Assembly: GCA_037446635.1 (NCBI GenBank)
Contig: JBBIIG010000055.1
Span: 1 to 27,527, forward strand
From: a bacterium
GTDB taxonomy: Bacteria; Zhuqueibacterota; Zhuqueibacteria; Oceanimicrobiales; Oceanimicrobiaceae
Direction: 5' to 3'
DNA length: 27,527 bases
How positions within the stretch are numbered: the first letter of the stretch is position 1; each line of letters opens with the position of its first letter. The translations under genes and the position numbers were made by a program. Below are positions 16,980-27,527 of the stretch, one piece after another. The notes below the pieces were generated by a model. It was not told the DNA's origin. It ran no database searches and saw only the letters and a program-made list of their open reading frames with translations.

Positions 16980-17663
16980 CTATAGCGCTAAACTTATTTT
17001 TGCCAACAACTCATCAATCGTCATGGCGTCGGCGAGACGATACGGGCCGATGCGCGTCCGCACCAGCGCTTGCAAAAACGCGCCGCAGCCTAAGCGCTCA
17101 CCCAAATCATGCGCCAGCGCGCGGATGTAGGTTCCCTTCGAGCAAACCACCTTGAGGGTGATGTGCGGGTTTTCAAAACGGATCAGCTCCAGCGTTTGAA
17201 TAGTAATTTTTCGCGGCCGCCGCTCCACAACCTCGCCGCGCCGCGCCAGTTTATAGAGCCGTTGGCCCTGCATTTTGATGGCGGAATACATCGGCGGCGT
17301 CTGGTAAATTTCCCCTTCAAATGCTTTGGCAGCTTGCTGCACTTTGGCAAAATCAATCGCGCTGGCGTCCGTTTCTGTCAAAATCACACCGGTACGATCA
17401 TAGGTATCCGTGGTTTTTCCCAGCTCGATTTCAGCCAGATATTCTTTTTCGAAATTCATCAGGCTTTGAACCCGCTTGGTGGCGCCGCCGGTGCAAATCA
17501 GCAGCACACCAGTAGCAAACGGATCCAGCGCGCCGGCGTGTCCGACTTTTTTGACGCGAATGGCGGCGCGGATTTTTTTCACCACATCGAACGAGGTCCA
17601 CCCTGCCGGCTTGTTGATGTTCAAAATTGCCCCGTCCGCGAAATTGTACCCGGCGTCGATCAT
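16980..17663 (-). CDS. truB: tRNA pseudouridine(55) synthase, short form without C-terminal PUA domain
   Basis: NKPAGWTSFD, KVGHAGALDPFATGVL, PPMYSA, CSKGTYIR. Confidence 0.96.
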   Translation of the reverse strand: MIDAGYNFADGAILNINKPAGWTSFDVVKKIRAAIRVKKVGHAGALDPFATGVLLICTGGATKRVQSLMNFEKEYLAEIELGKTTDTYDRTGVILTETDASAIDFAKVQQAAKAFEGEIYQTPPMYSAIKMQGQRLYKLARRGEVVERRPRKITIQTLELIRFENPHITLKVVCSKGTYIRALAHDLGERLGCGAFLQALVRTRIGPYRLADAMTIDELLAKISLAL

Positions 17664-18004
17664 TGATGGATTTTTTTTATTAACGATTCGATGTTCTCGG
17701 CGTAGTCGATGGTTTCGTCGTAATAGAACTTCAGCTCGGGCACGAATTTTAAATCCAGGCGATGGCCGATCTCCGAGCGAATCCAGCTTTTGGCGTGCTC
17801 CAGCCCGTGCAGGCCTTTTGCGCGAGTTTCTTTGCCGCCTAAAATGCTGACGTAGATTTTGGCCAGCTTCAAATCGTCGGTGACTTTGATGGCGGTAACC
17901 GTGGTGATGCCAATCTGCGGGTCTTTCAATTCCTGCGTGATGATCTGGCTGATTTCGTGGCGCAGCATCTCGGCCACCCGCTGCGAACGTTTGTAGTCCG
18001 CCAT
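17660..18004 (-). CDS. rbfA: Ribosome-binding factor A
   Basis: RSQRVAE, LKDPQIG, DLKLAKIYVS, VPELKFYYD; follows infB. Confidence 0.96.
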   Translation of the reverse strand: MADYKRSQRVAEMLRHEISQIITQELKDPQIGITTVTAIKVTDDLKLAKIYVSILGGKETRAKGLHGLEHAKSWIRSEIGHRLDLKFVPELKFYYDETIDYAENIESLIKKIHQ

Positions 18005-18005
18005 C

Positions 18006-18287
18006 TCAATAAATCTCCACCAGGTGTTCTAAAATTTCAACCCCATCCTCGCCGCTGATAAATTTCAAAATCTCGCTCACCATCATGTCGATGAAGCGGC
18101 GTTCGTTGGTCACCATCGCCAGCGCCAGCGAGACCCGCTGCCATTTTTCGGTATGATCCACTTCCGAAATGGAAACATTGAACTTGTTGCGAACGCGTTT
18201 TTTTATGCTGTTCAAAACAATGCGCTTGTCTTTCAGCGAGGCGCTGTGCGGCAAAAATAATTCGATGGTACAAACTCCGACGAGCAT
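18006..18287 (-). CDS. DUF503 (YlxP-like) protein
   Basis: SLKDKR...RNKFNVSISEVD..EKWQ; usual position between infB and rbfA. Confidence 0.9.
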   Translation of the reverse strand: MLVGVCTIELFLPHSASLKDKRIVLNSIKKRVRNKFNVSISEVDHTEKWQRVSLALAMVTNERRFIDMMVSEILKFISGEDGVEILEHLVEIY

Positions 18288-18299
18288 CTTTGGCGATGG

Positions 18300-20930
18300 C
18301 TAAAGTTTGCGAGCGGTTTTGATTTGTTTATAGGTTTCGATGATATCGCCGACTTTGATGTCATCAAAACCCTCCAGGCCGATGCCGCACTCGAAACCAC
18401 CGGTCACCTCGCGGACGTCGTCTTTGAATCGCTTCAATGAAGCGACGCGGGTTTCGGTGATCAGCTTGTCGTCGCGATAGATCTTCGCCAAGTCGTTGCG
18501 GATCACCTTCCCCGAGAGGACGTAGCATCCCGCCACCACGCCCACTTTCGGCACCCGGAACGTGTTGCGCACTTCGATGGTGGAAGTGATCTCTTCGCTG
18601 ATCTCCGGCTCCAGCAATCCCTCCAACGCCGATTTGACGTCGGCCACAGCGTCGTAAATGATGCGGTAGATCCGAATGTCGATGTTTTCCCTTTTGGCGA
18701 GATCGCGCGCCTGCAGCGTGGGCCGCACCTGAAAGCCGATGATGATCGCCTCCGACGCCGACGCCAGCAGAACATCCGATTCGGAGATGCCGCCCACGGC
18801 TTTATGAATAACGTTGACCGCCACTTCTTCGTTGGATAGCCGCATCAAGGCGTCGCTCAACGCCTCGATGGAGCCGTCCACGTCGGCCTTTAAAATGATG
18901 TTCAATTCCTTGACTTCGCCGTGGCGGATGCGCTGGGAGATTTGATCCAGGGTCACTTGCCGGCGGCGGCGAAAATCCTGCTCGCGTTTCAACTGCTGGC
19001 GCTTGGCGCTAATTTCCCGAACGTCCCGCTCCGACTGCATGACGATAAAGGTGTCGCCGGCTTGCGGCACGCCTTCAAAACCCACCACCTGCGCCGGCGT
19101 CGAGGGCGGGGCGGCGCGCAGCTTTTGGTTGCGCTCATTGTACATGGCGCGCACTTTTCCGGAATACTGTCCGGCGATAAACAGATCGCCAATGTGCAGC
19201 GTGCCCTGCTGTACCAGCACCGTGGCCACCGGGCCTTTGCCCTTATCCAATTTGGATTCAATGATGATGCCGCGCGCCGGACGGTTGGGATTGGCTTTCA
19301 GCTCGAGAATGTCGGCCTCCAGCAGGATCATTTCCAAAAGCTTATCCACTCCGAGGCCGGTCTTGGCGGAGATTTCCACGGACTGATATTTTCCGCCCCA
19401 GCCTTCCACTAAAATGTTGTTTTCCGCCAATTGTTTTTTGACTAAGTCCGGATTGGCGCCTGGTTTGTCGATTTTATTGATGGCAACGACAATGGGCACA
19501 CCGGCCGCTTTGGCGTGGTTGATGGCCTCGATGGTTTGCGGCTGCACGCCGTCGTCGGCGGCGACGATGAGCACTACCAAATCCGTTACTTGCGCGCCGC
19601 GCGCTCGCATCGCGGTGAAGGCCTCGTGGCCGGGGGTATCCAAAAATGTGATGGCGCGACTGTTGACATTTACCTCATACGCGCCAATGTGCTGGGTGAT
19701 GCCTCCCGCTTCGCCGGCGATGATGTTGCTTTTCCGGATGTAGTCCAAAAGCGAGGTCTTGCCATGATCGACGTGGCCCATGATGGTGACCACCGGCGGC
19801 CGCGATTGTTGTTCGCTATCATCATAGCTCTCCTCATCCTGCACAATCAGCTCGCTGCCGTATTCCGATACCACTTCCACGTCGTAACCGAATTCATCGG
19901 CGACCGCCACAATGGTATCCATGTCCAACCGCTGGTTGATGGAAACCATCATGCCCAATTCAAAACACTTTTTGATCACTTCCGTGGGCTCGACATTCAA
20001 CAAATCCGCCAACTCAGCCGCCGAAATAAACTCGCTGACTTTGATGACCTGTTTTTCTTCCCCAACCTCTTCGCCGGCCTCTTCTTTGATGCGACGCTTC
20101 CGGCGCCTGGTTTTTGCCTCGCCCATCGCAGCCAGCGTCTGGCGGATAGACTCTTCGATTTCCTCCTCAGAAATCTTGCGCTTCTTTTTCTTTCTTTGCT
20201 TCTTTTTGCCAACCGCCTCCGCTGGCGCCTCTTTAGCGGCCCCGGTTCCTTCGATGGTTTGAGCCGGAGTCTCGGCAACTATTTCAGCTTCTTTTTCAGC
20301 GACTTCCTCTGCAACTTCCGGAAGCGCTTCTTCTTTTTTAGCGGGCTTGCCTTGCTTTTTGGCCTCCGCCGCAACCTCTTTTTGCTCAACGATCGGCTCG
20401 TCAGCTTTTTCCTTTTTGGGCTTCTCCTTCTCGAGGGTTTCGGCCTTTTTCTGTTTGTCGATTTCCTTTTTAGCCTTTGAAATCAACTCAACCACCGAGG
20501 GTTCCTCGTGCGTCTTGTGATCGTCGGACGCCACTTCGACTTCCACTGGCTTGGCGGCCGCGCGCTTGCCCGCTTTGACGGCTTTCTTTTCCTCTTTTTC
20601 TTCTTTTGCCTTTCGGACTTTTTTCGGACGCTCCTCGGCTAATTGCGTGGCGAATTTGATCCGCTCCTCCAACTCCTGCTGTTTCTTTTTCCGCCGCAGG
20701 TCTTCCAGCATCTGTTTCTCTTTCAACTTCTGGCGAAAATCGTGGCCGGAATCAACCGGCGGCGTTTCAGTTTTTTTGAATTTCTTGCAAATCTCGTCAT
20801 AAAGATCTTCGGAAACCGCGCTCATTTGCGTACGGATGGATTTGTCTTTTTTGGCAAGGAACTCTATAACCGCCTCGTTGGAAAGACTCAGCTCCCGTGC
20901 AATCTGAAAAACTCTAACTTTTTTATTCAA
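18300..20930 (-). CDS. infB: Translation initiation factor IF-2 (TTG start)
   Basis: [37 protein letters not shown]; long K/E-rich N-terminal region. Confidence 0.98.
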   Translation of the reverse strand: MNKKVRVFQIARELSLSNEAVIEFLAKKDKSIRTQMSAVSEDLYDEICKKFKKTETPPVDSGHDFRQKLKEKQMLEDLRRKKKQQELEERIKFATQLAEERPKKVRKAKEEKEEKKAVKAGKRAAAKPVEVEVASDDHKTHEEPSVVELISKAKKEIDKQKKAETLEKEKPKKEKADEPIVEQKEVAAEAKKQGKPAKKEEALPEVAEEVAEKEAEIVAETPAQTIEGTGAAKEAPAEAVGKKKQRKKKKRKISEEEIEESIRQTLAAMGEAKTRRRKRRIKEEAGEEVGEEKQVIKVSEFISAAELADLLNVEPTEVIKKCFELGMMVSINQRLDMDTIVAVADEFGYDVEVVSEYGSELIVQDEESYDDSEQQSRPPVVTIMGHVDHGKTSLLDYIRKSNIIAGEAGGITQHIGAYEVNVNSRAITFLDTPGHEAFTAMRARGAQVTDLVVLIVAADDGVQPQTIEAINHAKAAGVPIVVAINKIDKPGANPDLVKKQLAENNILVEGWGGKYQSVEISAKTGLGVDKLLEMILLEADILELKANPNRPARGIIIESKLDKGKGPVATVLVQQGTLHIGDLFIAGQYSGKVRAMYNERNQKLRAAPPSTPAQVVGFEGVPQAGDTFIVMQSERDVREISAKRQQLKREQDFRRRRQVTLDQISQRIRHGEVKELNIILKADVDGSIEALSDALMRLSNEEVAVNVIHKAVGGISESDVLLASASEAIIIGFQVRPTLQARDLAKRENIDIRIYRIIYDAVADVKSALEGLLEPEISEEITSTIEVRNTFRVPKVGVVAGCYVLSGKVIRNDLAKIYRDDKLITETRVASLKRFKDDVREVTGGFECGIGLEGFDDIKVGDIIETYKQIKTARKL

Positions 20931-20947
20931 ATGAAACTCCGAAGAAA

Positions 20948-22201
20948 TTAATTTGATTTGGTAAATTCTTTAACAACTTCTAAAATTTTCGCGGCAGTCT
21001 TCTCGCCCACCCCAGGGATAGCGACCAGGCCATCCATGCCGGCTTTCAACACGTCCTCTGCCGACTCCATGCCGCCGGCCGTCAGGTTTTTCAACATGCC
21101 GGGCGTCAGGCCGGGGATGTCGGCCAGCTTGGCGCTGTGGGTTTCGGCGAGCTTGTCTTCCATGATTTTTTTATACTCCGATTCTTTGATGATTTCGATC
21201 TCAAAGCCGGTCAGCCGCGACGCCAACCGGCGGTTCTGGCCGCCCTTGCCAATGGCCAATGAAACCTGATCATCTGAAAGCACCGCAATCGCTTTCTTTT
21301 TATTTTGATCGACGATCACTTTATACACCTTTGCCGGGCTGAGCGCGCGTGAAATAAATATTCCGGGATCGCTGTGCCAGTTGATGACATCGATCTTTTC
21401 ATTGTTGAGCTCTTTGCTGATGGATTGAATGCGGATGCCCTTCATGCCCACGCACGCCCCCAGCGCGTCGATGCGTTTGTCGTTCGACAACACCGCGATC
21501 TTAGCGCGGTCGCCGGGTTCGCGCGCCACCGTTTTGATCTCAATGATGCCGTCGTAGATCTCCGGCACCTCCAGTTCAAACAGACGAATCAAAATCAGGG
21601 GGTCGGCGCGCGACACGATGATCTCCAAGCCGCGATTGGTTTTTTCCACGCTTTTGATGACGGCGCGCACGTGCTCGCCGCGGCGGTAGCGCTCGCTGGG
21701 TATCTGTTCCCGGCGCGGCAGGATCACCTCCGTCTTATCAATGTTCAGATAAATTTCATTGCGGTTCACTTGCCGCACGTCGCCGATAATTATTTCGCCA
21801 ATGCGCTTCTGAAACTCGTCGAACAGAATCTCCTTTTCCGCGTCTTTCAATTTCTGATTGAGATTCTGTTTGGCGGCGATGATCAATCGCCGGCCAAAGC
21901 TTTTTGGGTCGATGATTTCGATGAACTCGTCGCCCAATTCCAAATCCGGTTCGACTTTGCGCGCCGACTCCAGATCGATTTGCTCCACTTCGTCGGTGAC
22001 TTGCTCCACGATAGTTTTGTTTTGATAAATTTCGATCTCCCCTTTATCCATGCTGACAAATATGTTGAAATTATCCGACTTGCCATATTTTTTCTTTATG
22101 ATCGACAAAATCGTACTTTCCAGAATTTCACCTAACAGGTCTTTTTCGATATTTTTTTCTTTGGCAATTTGTGTGAAAGCTTCAACGATTTCACTCTTCA
22201 T
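20948..22201 (-). CDS. nusA: Transcription termination/antitermination factor NusA
   Basis: [47 protein letters not shown]-terminal HhH. Confidence 0.98.
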   Translation of the reverse strand: MKSEIVEAFTQIAKEKNIEKDLLGEILESTILSIIKKKYGKSDNFNIFVSMDKGEIEIYQNKTIVEQVTDEVEQIDLESARKVEPDLELGDEFIEIIDPKSFGRRLIIAAKQNLNQKLKDAEKEILFDEFQKRIGEIIIGDVRQVNRNEIYLNIDKTEVILPRREQIPSERYRRGEHVRAVIKSVEKTNRGLEIIVSRADPLILIRLFELEVPEIYDGIIEIKTVAREPGDRAKIAVLSNDKRIDALGACVGMKGIRIQSISKELNNEKIDVINWHSDPGIFISRALSPAKVYKVIVDQNKKKAIAVLSDDQVSLAIGKGGQNRRLASRLTGFEIEIIKESEYKKIMEDKLAETHSAKLADIPGLTPGMLKNLTAGGMESAEDVLKAGMDGLVAIPGVGEKTAAKILEVVKEFTKSN

Positions 22202-22231
22202 AAGCAGGCGATCCTCCTAAAACGCTCTCAT

Positions 22232-22684
22232 CTACCACGGTAAATGAATTTTTGCTTTGGTTATGTTTGAAATTAAAATTTCTCGCGCCCCTTGGTTGCG
22301 CTTTTTGATTTCCACCCTGTCATCCGCAACGTTGACGATTTTTCCCGTGACCGTTTGAATATCGGTTTCCTCCGCGTAGGTAATTTCCACCTCACGATCG
22401 ATGTTTCTGCGGAAGTCGGCGGCGCTGCGCAGCGGACGCTCAATGCCGGGAGAAGACACCTCAAGTCGATATGCGCCCGGAATGAGGTTCGCGCTATCCA
22501 GCGAGTCGGAGAAGCGGCGGCTAATGGCTTCACAATCGTCCAAAGTAATGCCGCCGGGCTTGTCAACAAACACCCGAATAATCTGGCTTCTCGCTCCGCC
22601 CTTCAACTGCAAGTCCACCAATTCGCTTTTTTCTTGCGCGAGAATGGGCGCCAGCATTTCTTTTAATTTTTCTACCACTTGCAT
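22232..22684 (-). CDS. rimP: Ribosome maturation factor RimP (start moved to MQVVEKL)
   Basis: RVFVDKPGGITLDDC, YRLEVSSPGIERPL. The upstream extension overlaps the promoter and leader hairpin. Confidence 0.95.
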   Translation of the reverse strand: MQVVEKLKEMLAPILAQEKSELVDLQLKGGARSQIIRVFVDKPGGITLDDCEAISRRFSDSLDSANLIPGAYRLEVSSPGIERPLRSAADFRRNIDREVEITYAEETDIQTVTGKIVNVADDRVEIKKRNQGAREILISNITKAKIHLPW

Positions 22685-22698
22685 CAGCCTAACAACAA

Positions 22699-22724
22699 AA
22701 AAGTGGGTCATTTGACCCACTTTT
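22699..22724 (-). ncRNA. rimP-leader-like hairpin followed by U-tract
   Basis: Minus strand AAAAGTGGGTCA-AA-TGACCCACTTTT then TTGTT, between the promoter and the rimP start. The GTGGG/CCCAC stem is typical upstream of rimP. Confidence 0.7.
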
Positions 22725-22733
22725 AAGTATGCG

Positions 22734-22762
22734 AATATAGTAAATTTGTTTGGTTTATGCAA
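22734..22762 (-). promoter_or_regulatory. Promoter of rimP-nusA-infB operon, TTGCAT-N17-TATATT
   Basis: -35 at 22762..22757, -10 at 22739..22734. Confidence 0.7.
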
Positions 22763-22783
22763 GTTAAATTTTGTGGAGCGCGT

Positions 22784-23455
22784 TCAGGACGTCAACTCCG
22801 CCAGCAACAATTGAGCATCAGCTTCAACGTCTGAATCGGGATAGTTTTCAATTAAGCGGTTCAGCAGCGCGTTGGCGGCGGCGCGATCTCCGGAAAGCAG
22901 ATAGCAGCGGGCGGAGTGGTAGAGATTTTCCGCGGCGAAAAATTCGTCTTTATATTTTTCGGCGGTTTGCTGGTACCTTTCGGCTGCCTCTTTAAATTTT
23001 CCCTGTGCTTCCAAGCAGGCCGCCAGCCCGGAAAGCGCCGAGGCGGTCAACTCTTTGTCGTCGCTGGCGTCGGCAAATTCGCGATAGTATTTTTCGGCTT
23101 CGTTGTAATTCTTGAGCTCAAAATTGGTGTTGGCGAGGTAGAACTTCGCCAGCGTCGCGCTCTCGGCGCCGCCATAAGTATCAAGCAGGTTTTTCAAAAT
23201 GGTGGCTGCGGTTTCGTAATTACCGTTCGCGTATTCTTTGGTCGCCTTCGCAAGCTCGACCACAGCTTTGCCCTCGCTTTCGGCCTGCTTTTCTGAATAA
23301 ATGAAGATGGCCAAAGAAATCACCGCCGCCGCTCCGAGCGCGGATAGTATCTGGCGGGAGTTTTTTTCGACAAAATCAACGGCCTTGAAGTAATAGGTTA
23401 CAAACTTATCTTGTTTAAGCTGTCGTTTGGTGATTCGTTTATGCGGCTTCAGCAT
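22784..23455 (-). CDS. Membrane-anchored tetratricopeptide-repeat protein (YfgM-like)
   Basis: Basic N-terminus with LKQDKF, one TM helix (ILSALGAAAVISLAIFIY), multiple TPR helices. Confidence 0.85.
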   Translation of the reverse strand: MLKPHKRITKRQLKQDKFVTYYFKAVDFVEKNSRQILSALGAAAVISLAIFIYSEKQAESEGKAVVELAKATKEYANGNYETAATILKNLLDTYGGAESATLAKFYLANTNFELKNYNEAEKYYREFADASDDKELTASALSGLAACLEAQGKFKEAAERYQQTAEKYKDEFFAAENLYHSARCYLLSGDRAAANALLNRLIENYPDSDVEADAQLLLAELTS

Positions 23456-23492
23456 CTGAATTAAAATTTCTCCGTTGGGAAATTACCGTGCA

Positions 23493-23521
23493 ATTATAAA
23501 GATTTAGAATTTTGAAATCAA
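23493..23521 (-). promoter_or_regulatory. Promoter TTGATT-N17-TATAAT for TPR gene
   Basis: -35 at 23521..23516, -10 at 23498..23493. Confidence 0.7.
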
Positions 23522-23532
23522 GCTTTATTTTG

Positions 23533-23606
23533 TGCCCCTAGCAGGACTCGAACCTGCGGCACATGGTTTAGGAAACCACTGCTCTATCCTTCTGAGCTAT
23601 AGGGGC
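23533..23606 (-). tRNA. tRNA-Arg (CCT), no encoded CCA
   Basis: GCCCCTA acceptor stem, anticodon arm GTGGT-TTCCTAA-ACCAT, T-loop GGTTCGAGTCC. Confidence 0.95.
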
Positions 23607-23652
23607 AAGTTTTAAGAGGGCATCGCTTCGTGAATTATTCAGGTTAGATGGC

Positions 23653-24177
23653 TTATTCAGTTGTATATTGAATAATCGACGCCACTTCAAAACCTGCGAG
23701 CTTTTTACGCCCGTTCAGAAACGTCAACTCAATTAAAAACGCGATGCCCTGGATGTCGCCGCCCAATTTTTTGACCAAGTTGACCGTAGCCGCAGCGGTA
23801 CCGCCGGTGGCCAACAAATCATCCACGATCAAAATTTTCTCGCCGCGCTGGATGGCGTCTTTGTGAATTTCAACGCTATCTGTGCCGTACTCCAGTTGGT
23901 ATTCTTCCCGCAGAGCTTCGGCCGGCAGTTTGCCGGGCTTTCTGACTGGCACAAAACCGATATTCCATTTATAAGCCAGCGCTGCGCCAAAGATAAATCC
24001 CCGCGATTCGATGCCGACGATCTTGTCGATTTTTTTATTGGCGAATTTTTCAGCAATAACATCCACCGCTTGATTGAACACAGCCCCCTCTTTGAGCAGC
24101 GTAGTTATATCTTTGAACCCGATTCCCTTTTTGGGAAAATCTGGAACCGTGCGAATGAATTTCTCTAACTCCGGCAT
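23653..24177 (-). CDS. apt: Adenine phosphoribosyltransferase (start moved to MPELEK)
   Basis: PDFPKKGIGFKDITTLL, ESRGF, RKPGKLP, LEYG, VDDLLATGGT; RBS GGAGG before ATG 24177. Confidence 0.97.
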   Translation of the reverse strand: MPELEKFIRTVPDFPKKGIGFKDITTLLKEGAVFNQAVDVIAEKFANKKIDKIVGIESRGFIFGAALAYKWNIGFVPVRKPGKLPAEALREEYQLEYGTDSVEIHKDAIQRGEKILIVDDLLATGGTAAATVNLVKKLGGDIQGIAFLIELTFLNGRKKLAGFEVASIIQYTTE

Positions 24178-24190
24178 GTTTTCCTCCAAC

Positions 24191-24466
24191 CTAAAATCTC
24201 ACTTCGAATGAATTGTATTGGCCACGAAATTCTTTCGGTTCGCGAATCACTTCGGTCACCCGCGAAAACGGCGGGCCCTTTTGAACCCGCTGGACAAACT
24301 CGCGCACGGCTTCCCCCTCTCCTTCGGCTTCGATCTCGACGTCGCCGTTTGGCAGATTTTTGACGTAGCCTGTTATGCCCAAGCGTTCGGCCTCGCGCTG
24401 CGCGAACCATCGAAATCCCACTCCCTGCACTCGGCCTCTGATGGTTAATTTAACACAGGCGTCCAT
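24191..24466 (-). CDS. acyP: Acylphosphatase
   Basis: GRVQGVGFR, GYVKNLPNGDVE, GPPFSRV. Confidence 0.95.
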   Translation of the reverse strand: MDACVKLTIRGRVQGVGFRWFAQREAERLGITGYVKNLPNGDVEIEAEGEGEAVREFVQRVQKGPPFSRVTEVIREPKEFRGQYNSFEVRF

Positions 24467-24484
24467 AAATTTTGTTGAAAGACG

Positions 24485-25780
24485 TTATGGATAAAGACGG
24501 TGCATCAGCCGCGGAAACGGGATGGTTTCGCGGAGATGCGACAATCCACAAATCCACGTCACGGTTCGTTCTATGCCTAATCCAAAGCCGGCGTGCGGAA
24601 CGGAGCCGTAGCGCCGCAAATCGAGGTACCAGCCAAATGCCTCCTTTGGCAGACCGTGTTCCGCGATTTTACGCTCTAAAATTTCTAAATTATCCTCGCG
24701 CTGCCCGCCGCCGATGATTTCGCCGTAGCCCTCCGGCGCCAGCACGTCCACGCACAGCGCGCGCGCCGGCTCATCGGGATCATTTTTCATATAAAACGCT
24801 TTTACCTGCGCGGGGTAGCGGTGCACCATCACCGGGCGGTCAAATTGTTCGGAGATGGCGGTTTCGTCCGGCGCGCCGAAATCGCTGCCCCACTCGAACG
24901 GCATATTTTGCTTTTTCAAAATTTCGACCGCCTCGTCATATTTGATGCGCGGGAAGGGTTTCTTCACTTTTTCTAACGGCTCGGTGTTGCGTTCGATGAC
25001 TTTGAGTTCCTCGCGGCGATTCTCCAAAACCCGCGACACGATGTATTCGAGAAAGTCTTCCGCTAAATTCATGTCTTCGTCTAAATCCATGTAAGCCACC
25101 TCCGGCTCGATCATCCAGAATTCCGTCAAGTGCCGACGGGTCTTGGATTTTTCGGCACGAAAGGTCGGGCCGAAGCAATAGACTTTTCCGAAGGCCATGG
25201 CGCCGGCTTCCATGTAAAGTTGGCCGCTTTGCGTTAAATAGGCTTTCGAGCCAAAATAGTCGGTTTCAAAAAGAGTGGTGGTGCCTTCGCAGGCGGCCGG
25301 GGTAAAAATCGGCGCGTCGAGCAAAACAAAGCCGCGGTTGTCAAAGAAGTCGCGGCAGGCGCGAATCACTTCGTGGCGGATTTTCAAAATGGCGTGTTGT
25401 TTTGAAGACCGCAGCCAGATATGGCGGTGATCCATCAAAAAGGTGGTGCCGTGTTCCTTGGGCGTGATGGGATACTCGGCGGCGATTTGAAAAATCTCCA
25501 AATTGCTTATTTCCATTTCATAGCCGCCCGGGGCGCGCTTGTCCGCGCGGATTTTTCCGGTGACTTTTAAAGAAGATTCCTGCGTGACGTCTTCACACTT
25601 TTGGAAGATTTCATCCGCAACATTGCCTTTGAACGCCACCGCCTGAATGATGCCGGTGCCGTCGCGCACCAACAGAAACCACAGCTTGCCGCTGGAGCGT
25701 TTGTTGTAGAGCCACCCGTAAACGGAGACTTCCTGTTCCACATGTTTTGCAGCGTCGGCAATATAAACTTGATCCTTCAA
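24485..25780 (-). CDS. asnS: Asparagine--tRNA ligase (TTG start, AGGAGG RBS)
   Basis: [60 protein letters not shown]. Confidence 0.96.
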   Translation of the reverse strand: MKDQVYIADAAKHVEQEVSVYGWLYNKRSSGKLWFLLVRDGTGIIQAVAFKGNVADEIFQKCEDVTQESSLKVTGKIRADKRAPGGYEMEISNLEIFQIAAEYPITPKEHGTTFLMDHRHIWLRSSKQHAILKIRHEVIRACRDFFDNRGFVLLDAPIFTPAACEGTTTLFETDYFGSKAYLTQSGQLYMEAGAMAFGKVYCFGPTFRAEKSKTRRHLTEFWMIEPEVAYMDLDEDMNLAEDFLEYIVSRVLENRREELKVIERNTEPLEKVKKPFPRIKYDEAVEILKKQNMPFEWGSDFGAPDETAISEQFDRPVMVHRYPAQVKAFYMKNDPDEPARALCVDVLAPEGYGEIIGGGQREDNLEILERKIAEHGLPKEAFGWYLDLRRYGSVPHAGFGLGIERTVTWICGLSHLRETIPFPRLMHRLYP

Positions 25781-25805
25781 CCGTACCTCCTGAATTCAAA
25801 TTGGT

Positions 25806-26639
25806 TTACTTGCAAAGTAACACCGGCAGCGTTGAATTGCGCATCACGTAATCGGTGGTACTCCCTAAAATGGCCTCGCGAATACGCGAATGGCCGTAAG
25901 CGCCCATGATAATCAGATCGCATTTTTGGTTTTTGGCTGTTTTGAGAATTTCTTTTTCCGGAGCGCCGCTCGTGCCGACGGCTTCCAGCTCAACTTCGTA
26001 GGGCTCGAGATAAGTTTGGGCCTCCAAAAGATTTTTATTTTGCATGCGCTCGCTGTCATGAACCGTGAGCAGCACGATCGGAATGCCGAGCTTGGCTGCG
26101 AAAAACCCAGCCATTTGCAACGCTTTGTTTGCCTTGCTGCTGCCGTCGTAGGCAATCAGCAGCCGGGAAATTTCTTTGTACTTTTCGGGAGTGATAAGAA
26201 TGGGCTTATTAAACTGCCGCACCACCACTTCGAGGGTGGCGCCGAGCAGTTTGCTTTCCCACTTGGCGTACTCGCCGCGGGCGCCGATGATCAGCATATC
26301 CACCAGATGCGCCTGATCGCAGATGATATCAGCCGGCGGGCCGGAAATTTTATTAGCGCTAAATTCGATCTTCTCCGCTTTCAACAAACGGCCGCATTTT
26401 GAAAGTACCGCCTCGGCTTTGGCGTCCAGCATTTTCTTGGATTCATTTTGATAGACCGTCGAAGGAATCACCGGCACAAAGCCATCGGCGCTCATGGTCG
26501 GCCACTCAAAAATGCGAATATCAATGATCGAAATGACGTGCACCATCGACTCAAACGCCTTCGCGAGATGGATGCAGTGCTTAACCTGCGCGCCGGTGTA
26601 GGTCGAGCCGTCCACCGACAAAAGAATGGACTTAATCAT
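25806..26639 (-). CDS. Universal stress protein (tandem USP domains)
   Basis: ILLSVDGS, LLIAYDGS, DLIIMGAYGHSRIREAILGSTT. Confidence 0.93.
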   Translation of the reverse strand: MIKSILLSVDGSTYTGAQVKHCIHLAKAFESMVHVISIIDIRIFEWPTMSADGFVPVIPSTVYQNESKKMLDAKAEAVLSKCGRLLKAEKIEFSANKISGPPADIICDQAHLVDMLIIGARGEYAKWESKLLGATLEVVVRQFNKPILITPEKYKEISRLLIAYDGSSKANKALQMAGFFAAKLGIPIVLLTVHDSERMQNKNLLEAQTYLEPYEVELEAVGTSGAPEKEILKTAKNQKCDLIIMGAYGHSRIREAILGSTTDYVMRNSTLPVLLCK

Positions 26640-26642
26640 ATC

Positions 26643-27527
26643 CTACCCCCAATCCTCAAATTTGGCGGCGCGCGTCATCAAATCGAAAACCGCCTGCTCG
26701 GGATTTTTGTGTTCAAAGAGCACGCGGTAGGCTTCGGAGATGATGGGCACTTCCACGTTGTGGCGACGGGCCAACTGGTAGGCCGCGCTCGTGGTTTTCA
26801 CCCCCTCGGCCACCATCACCATTTCGGATAAAATTTCGTCCAGCTTGCGGCCGCGGCCAATTTGCTCGCCGACGTGCCGGTTGCGGCTGTACTTGCTCAT
26901 GCAGGTGACGATGATGTCGCCCATTCCCGACAAGCCGGCAAAGGTTAGCGAATCGGCGCCTAACTTAGTGCCGAGGCGGGTGATCTCCGCCAGCGCGCGT
27001 GTGATAAGCGCGGCTTTGGTGTTGTCGCCGGCGCCCACGCCATCCATGATGCCCGCGGCAATCGCGATAATATTTTTCAGCGCGCCGCCAATTTCCACGC
27101 CGATGACATCGCGGTTGGTATAAACGCGAAATCGCGGCGACATAAAAATCTCCTGCACCCATTTGGCGGTGGCGCTATTTTTCGACGCGCTTACCACCAA
27201 AGTCGGGACGCCGCGGCTCACCTCTTCGGCGTGGCTGGGGCCAGAGAGCACGGCGATGTTATCGGCGTCAAATTTTTCCATCAAAATTTCACTCACCCGC
27301 AGCAGCGTGTCATTTTCGATGCCCTTGGCCACGCTGATGATGATGGTGTTTTCACTCACCGCGGTCATTTGGGCGATGACTCCACGCACCGCATGAGAGG
27401 GCACAGCGATGATCAGGCCGTCGCAATCAGCCACGACCTCCGCAAGGTTCTCTTCCACCCGAACCGCTGCCGGCAGGGAGACCTCGGGAAGGTATTTTTT
27501 ATTTTGCCGATCTTTTTGGATCGCCCT
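26643..27527 (-). CDS. gpsA: NAD(P)H-dependent glycerol-3-phosphate dehydrogenase, 5'-truncated by window edge
   Basis: Frame open to 27527 (…RQNKKYLPEV…); AVPS, KGIE, LSGPSHA, GGALKN, GLSGMGD, SRNR, AEGV. Confidence 0.96.
   Translation of the reverse strand, partial: RAIQKDRQNKKYLPEVSLPAAVRVEENLAEVVADCDGLIIAVPSHAVRGVIAQMTAVSENTIIISVAKGIENDTLLRVSEILMEKFDADNIAVLSGPSHAEEVSRGVPTLVVSASKNSATAKWVQEIFMSPRFRVYTNRDVIGVEIGGALKNIIAIAAGIMDGVGAGDNTKAALITRALAEITRLGTKLGADSLTFAGLSGMGDIIVTCMSKYSRNRHVGEQIGRGRKLDEILSEMVMVAEGVKTTSAAYQLARRHNVEVPIISEAYRVLFEHKNPEQAVFDLMTRAAKFEDWG

Noticed and set aside
17520..17545. TruB motif HAGALD rather than HxGTLD
   Set aside because: GALD also occurs in E. coli TruB and the catalytic Asp is intact.
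19515..20480. 321-aa plus-strand ORF (likewise 8343-9134, 21374-22135 and other overlapping ORFs)
   Set aside because: Antisense or alternate-frame shadows of well-supported genes.

Overview
Bacterial chromosomal segment with every real gene on the minus strand. Positions 1-10491 hold a complete type I-B CRISPR-Cas locus: WYL regulator, cas8b, cas7, cas5, cas3, cas6, cas1, cas2, cas4, a leader, and the first 37-bp repeat of an array running off the left edge. It lies directly downstream of tRNA-Pro(GGG). Positions 10725-27527 are core housekeeping genes: gpsA (partial), USP, asnS, acylphosphatase, apt, tRNA-Arg(CCT), a TPR protein, rimP-nusA-infB-DUF503-rbfA-truB-ribF-rpsO-pnp, an M16 peptidase, ald, MerR and tRNA-Pro. 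The host may be FCB-related (e.g. KSB1/Calditrichota-like); this is unverified inference. Main non-annotated signals: (1) a CTGAC-N7-GTCAG palindrome forming TGTCAG-N10-TATATT ahead of cas8b, the geometry of PafBC/DriD-type WYL-activated promoters, which suggests an ssDNA-sensing activator switches on the CRISPR system; (2) a hidden in-frame cas11 inside cas8b; (3) two REPIN-like doublets and short tandem-repeat elements in cas intergenic gaps, including an 18-bp perfect inverted repeat bracketing cas2.
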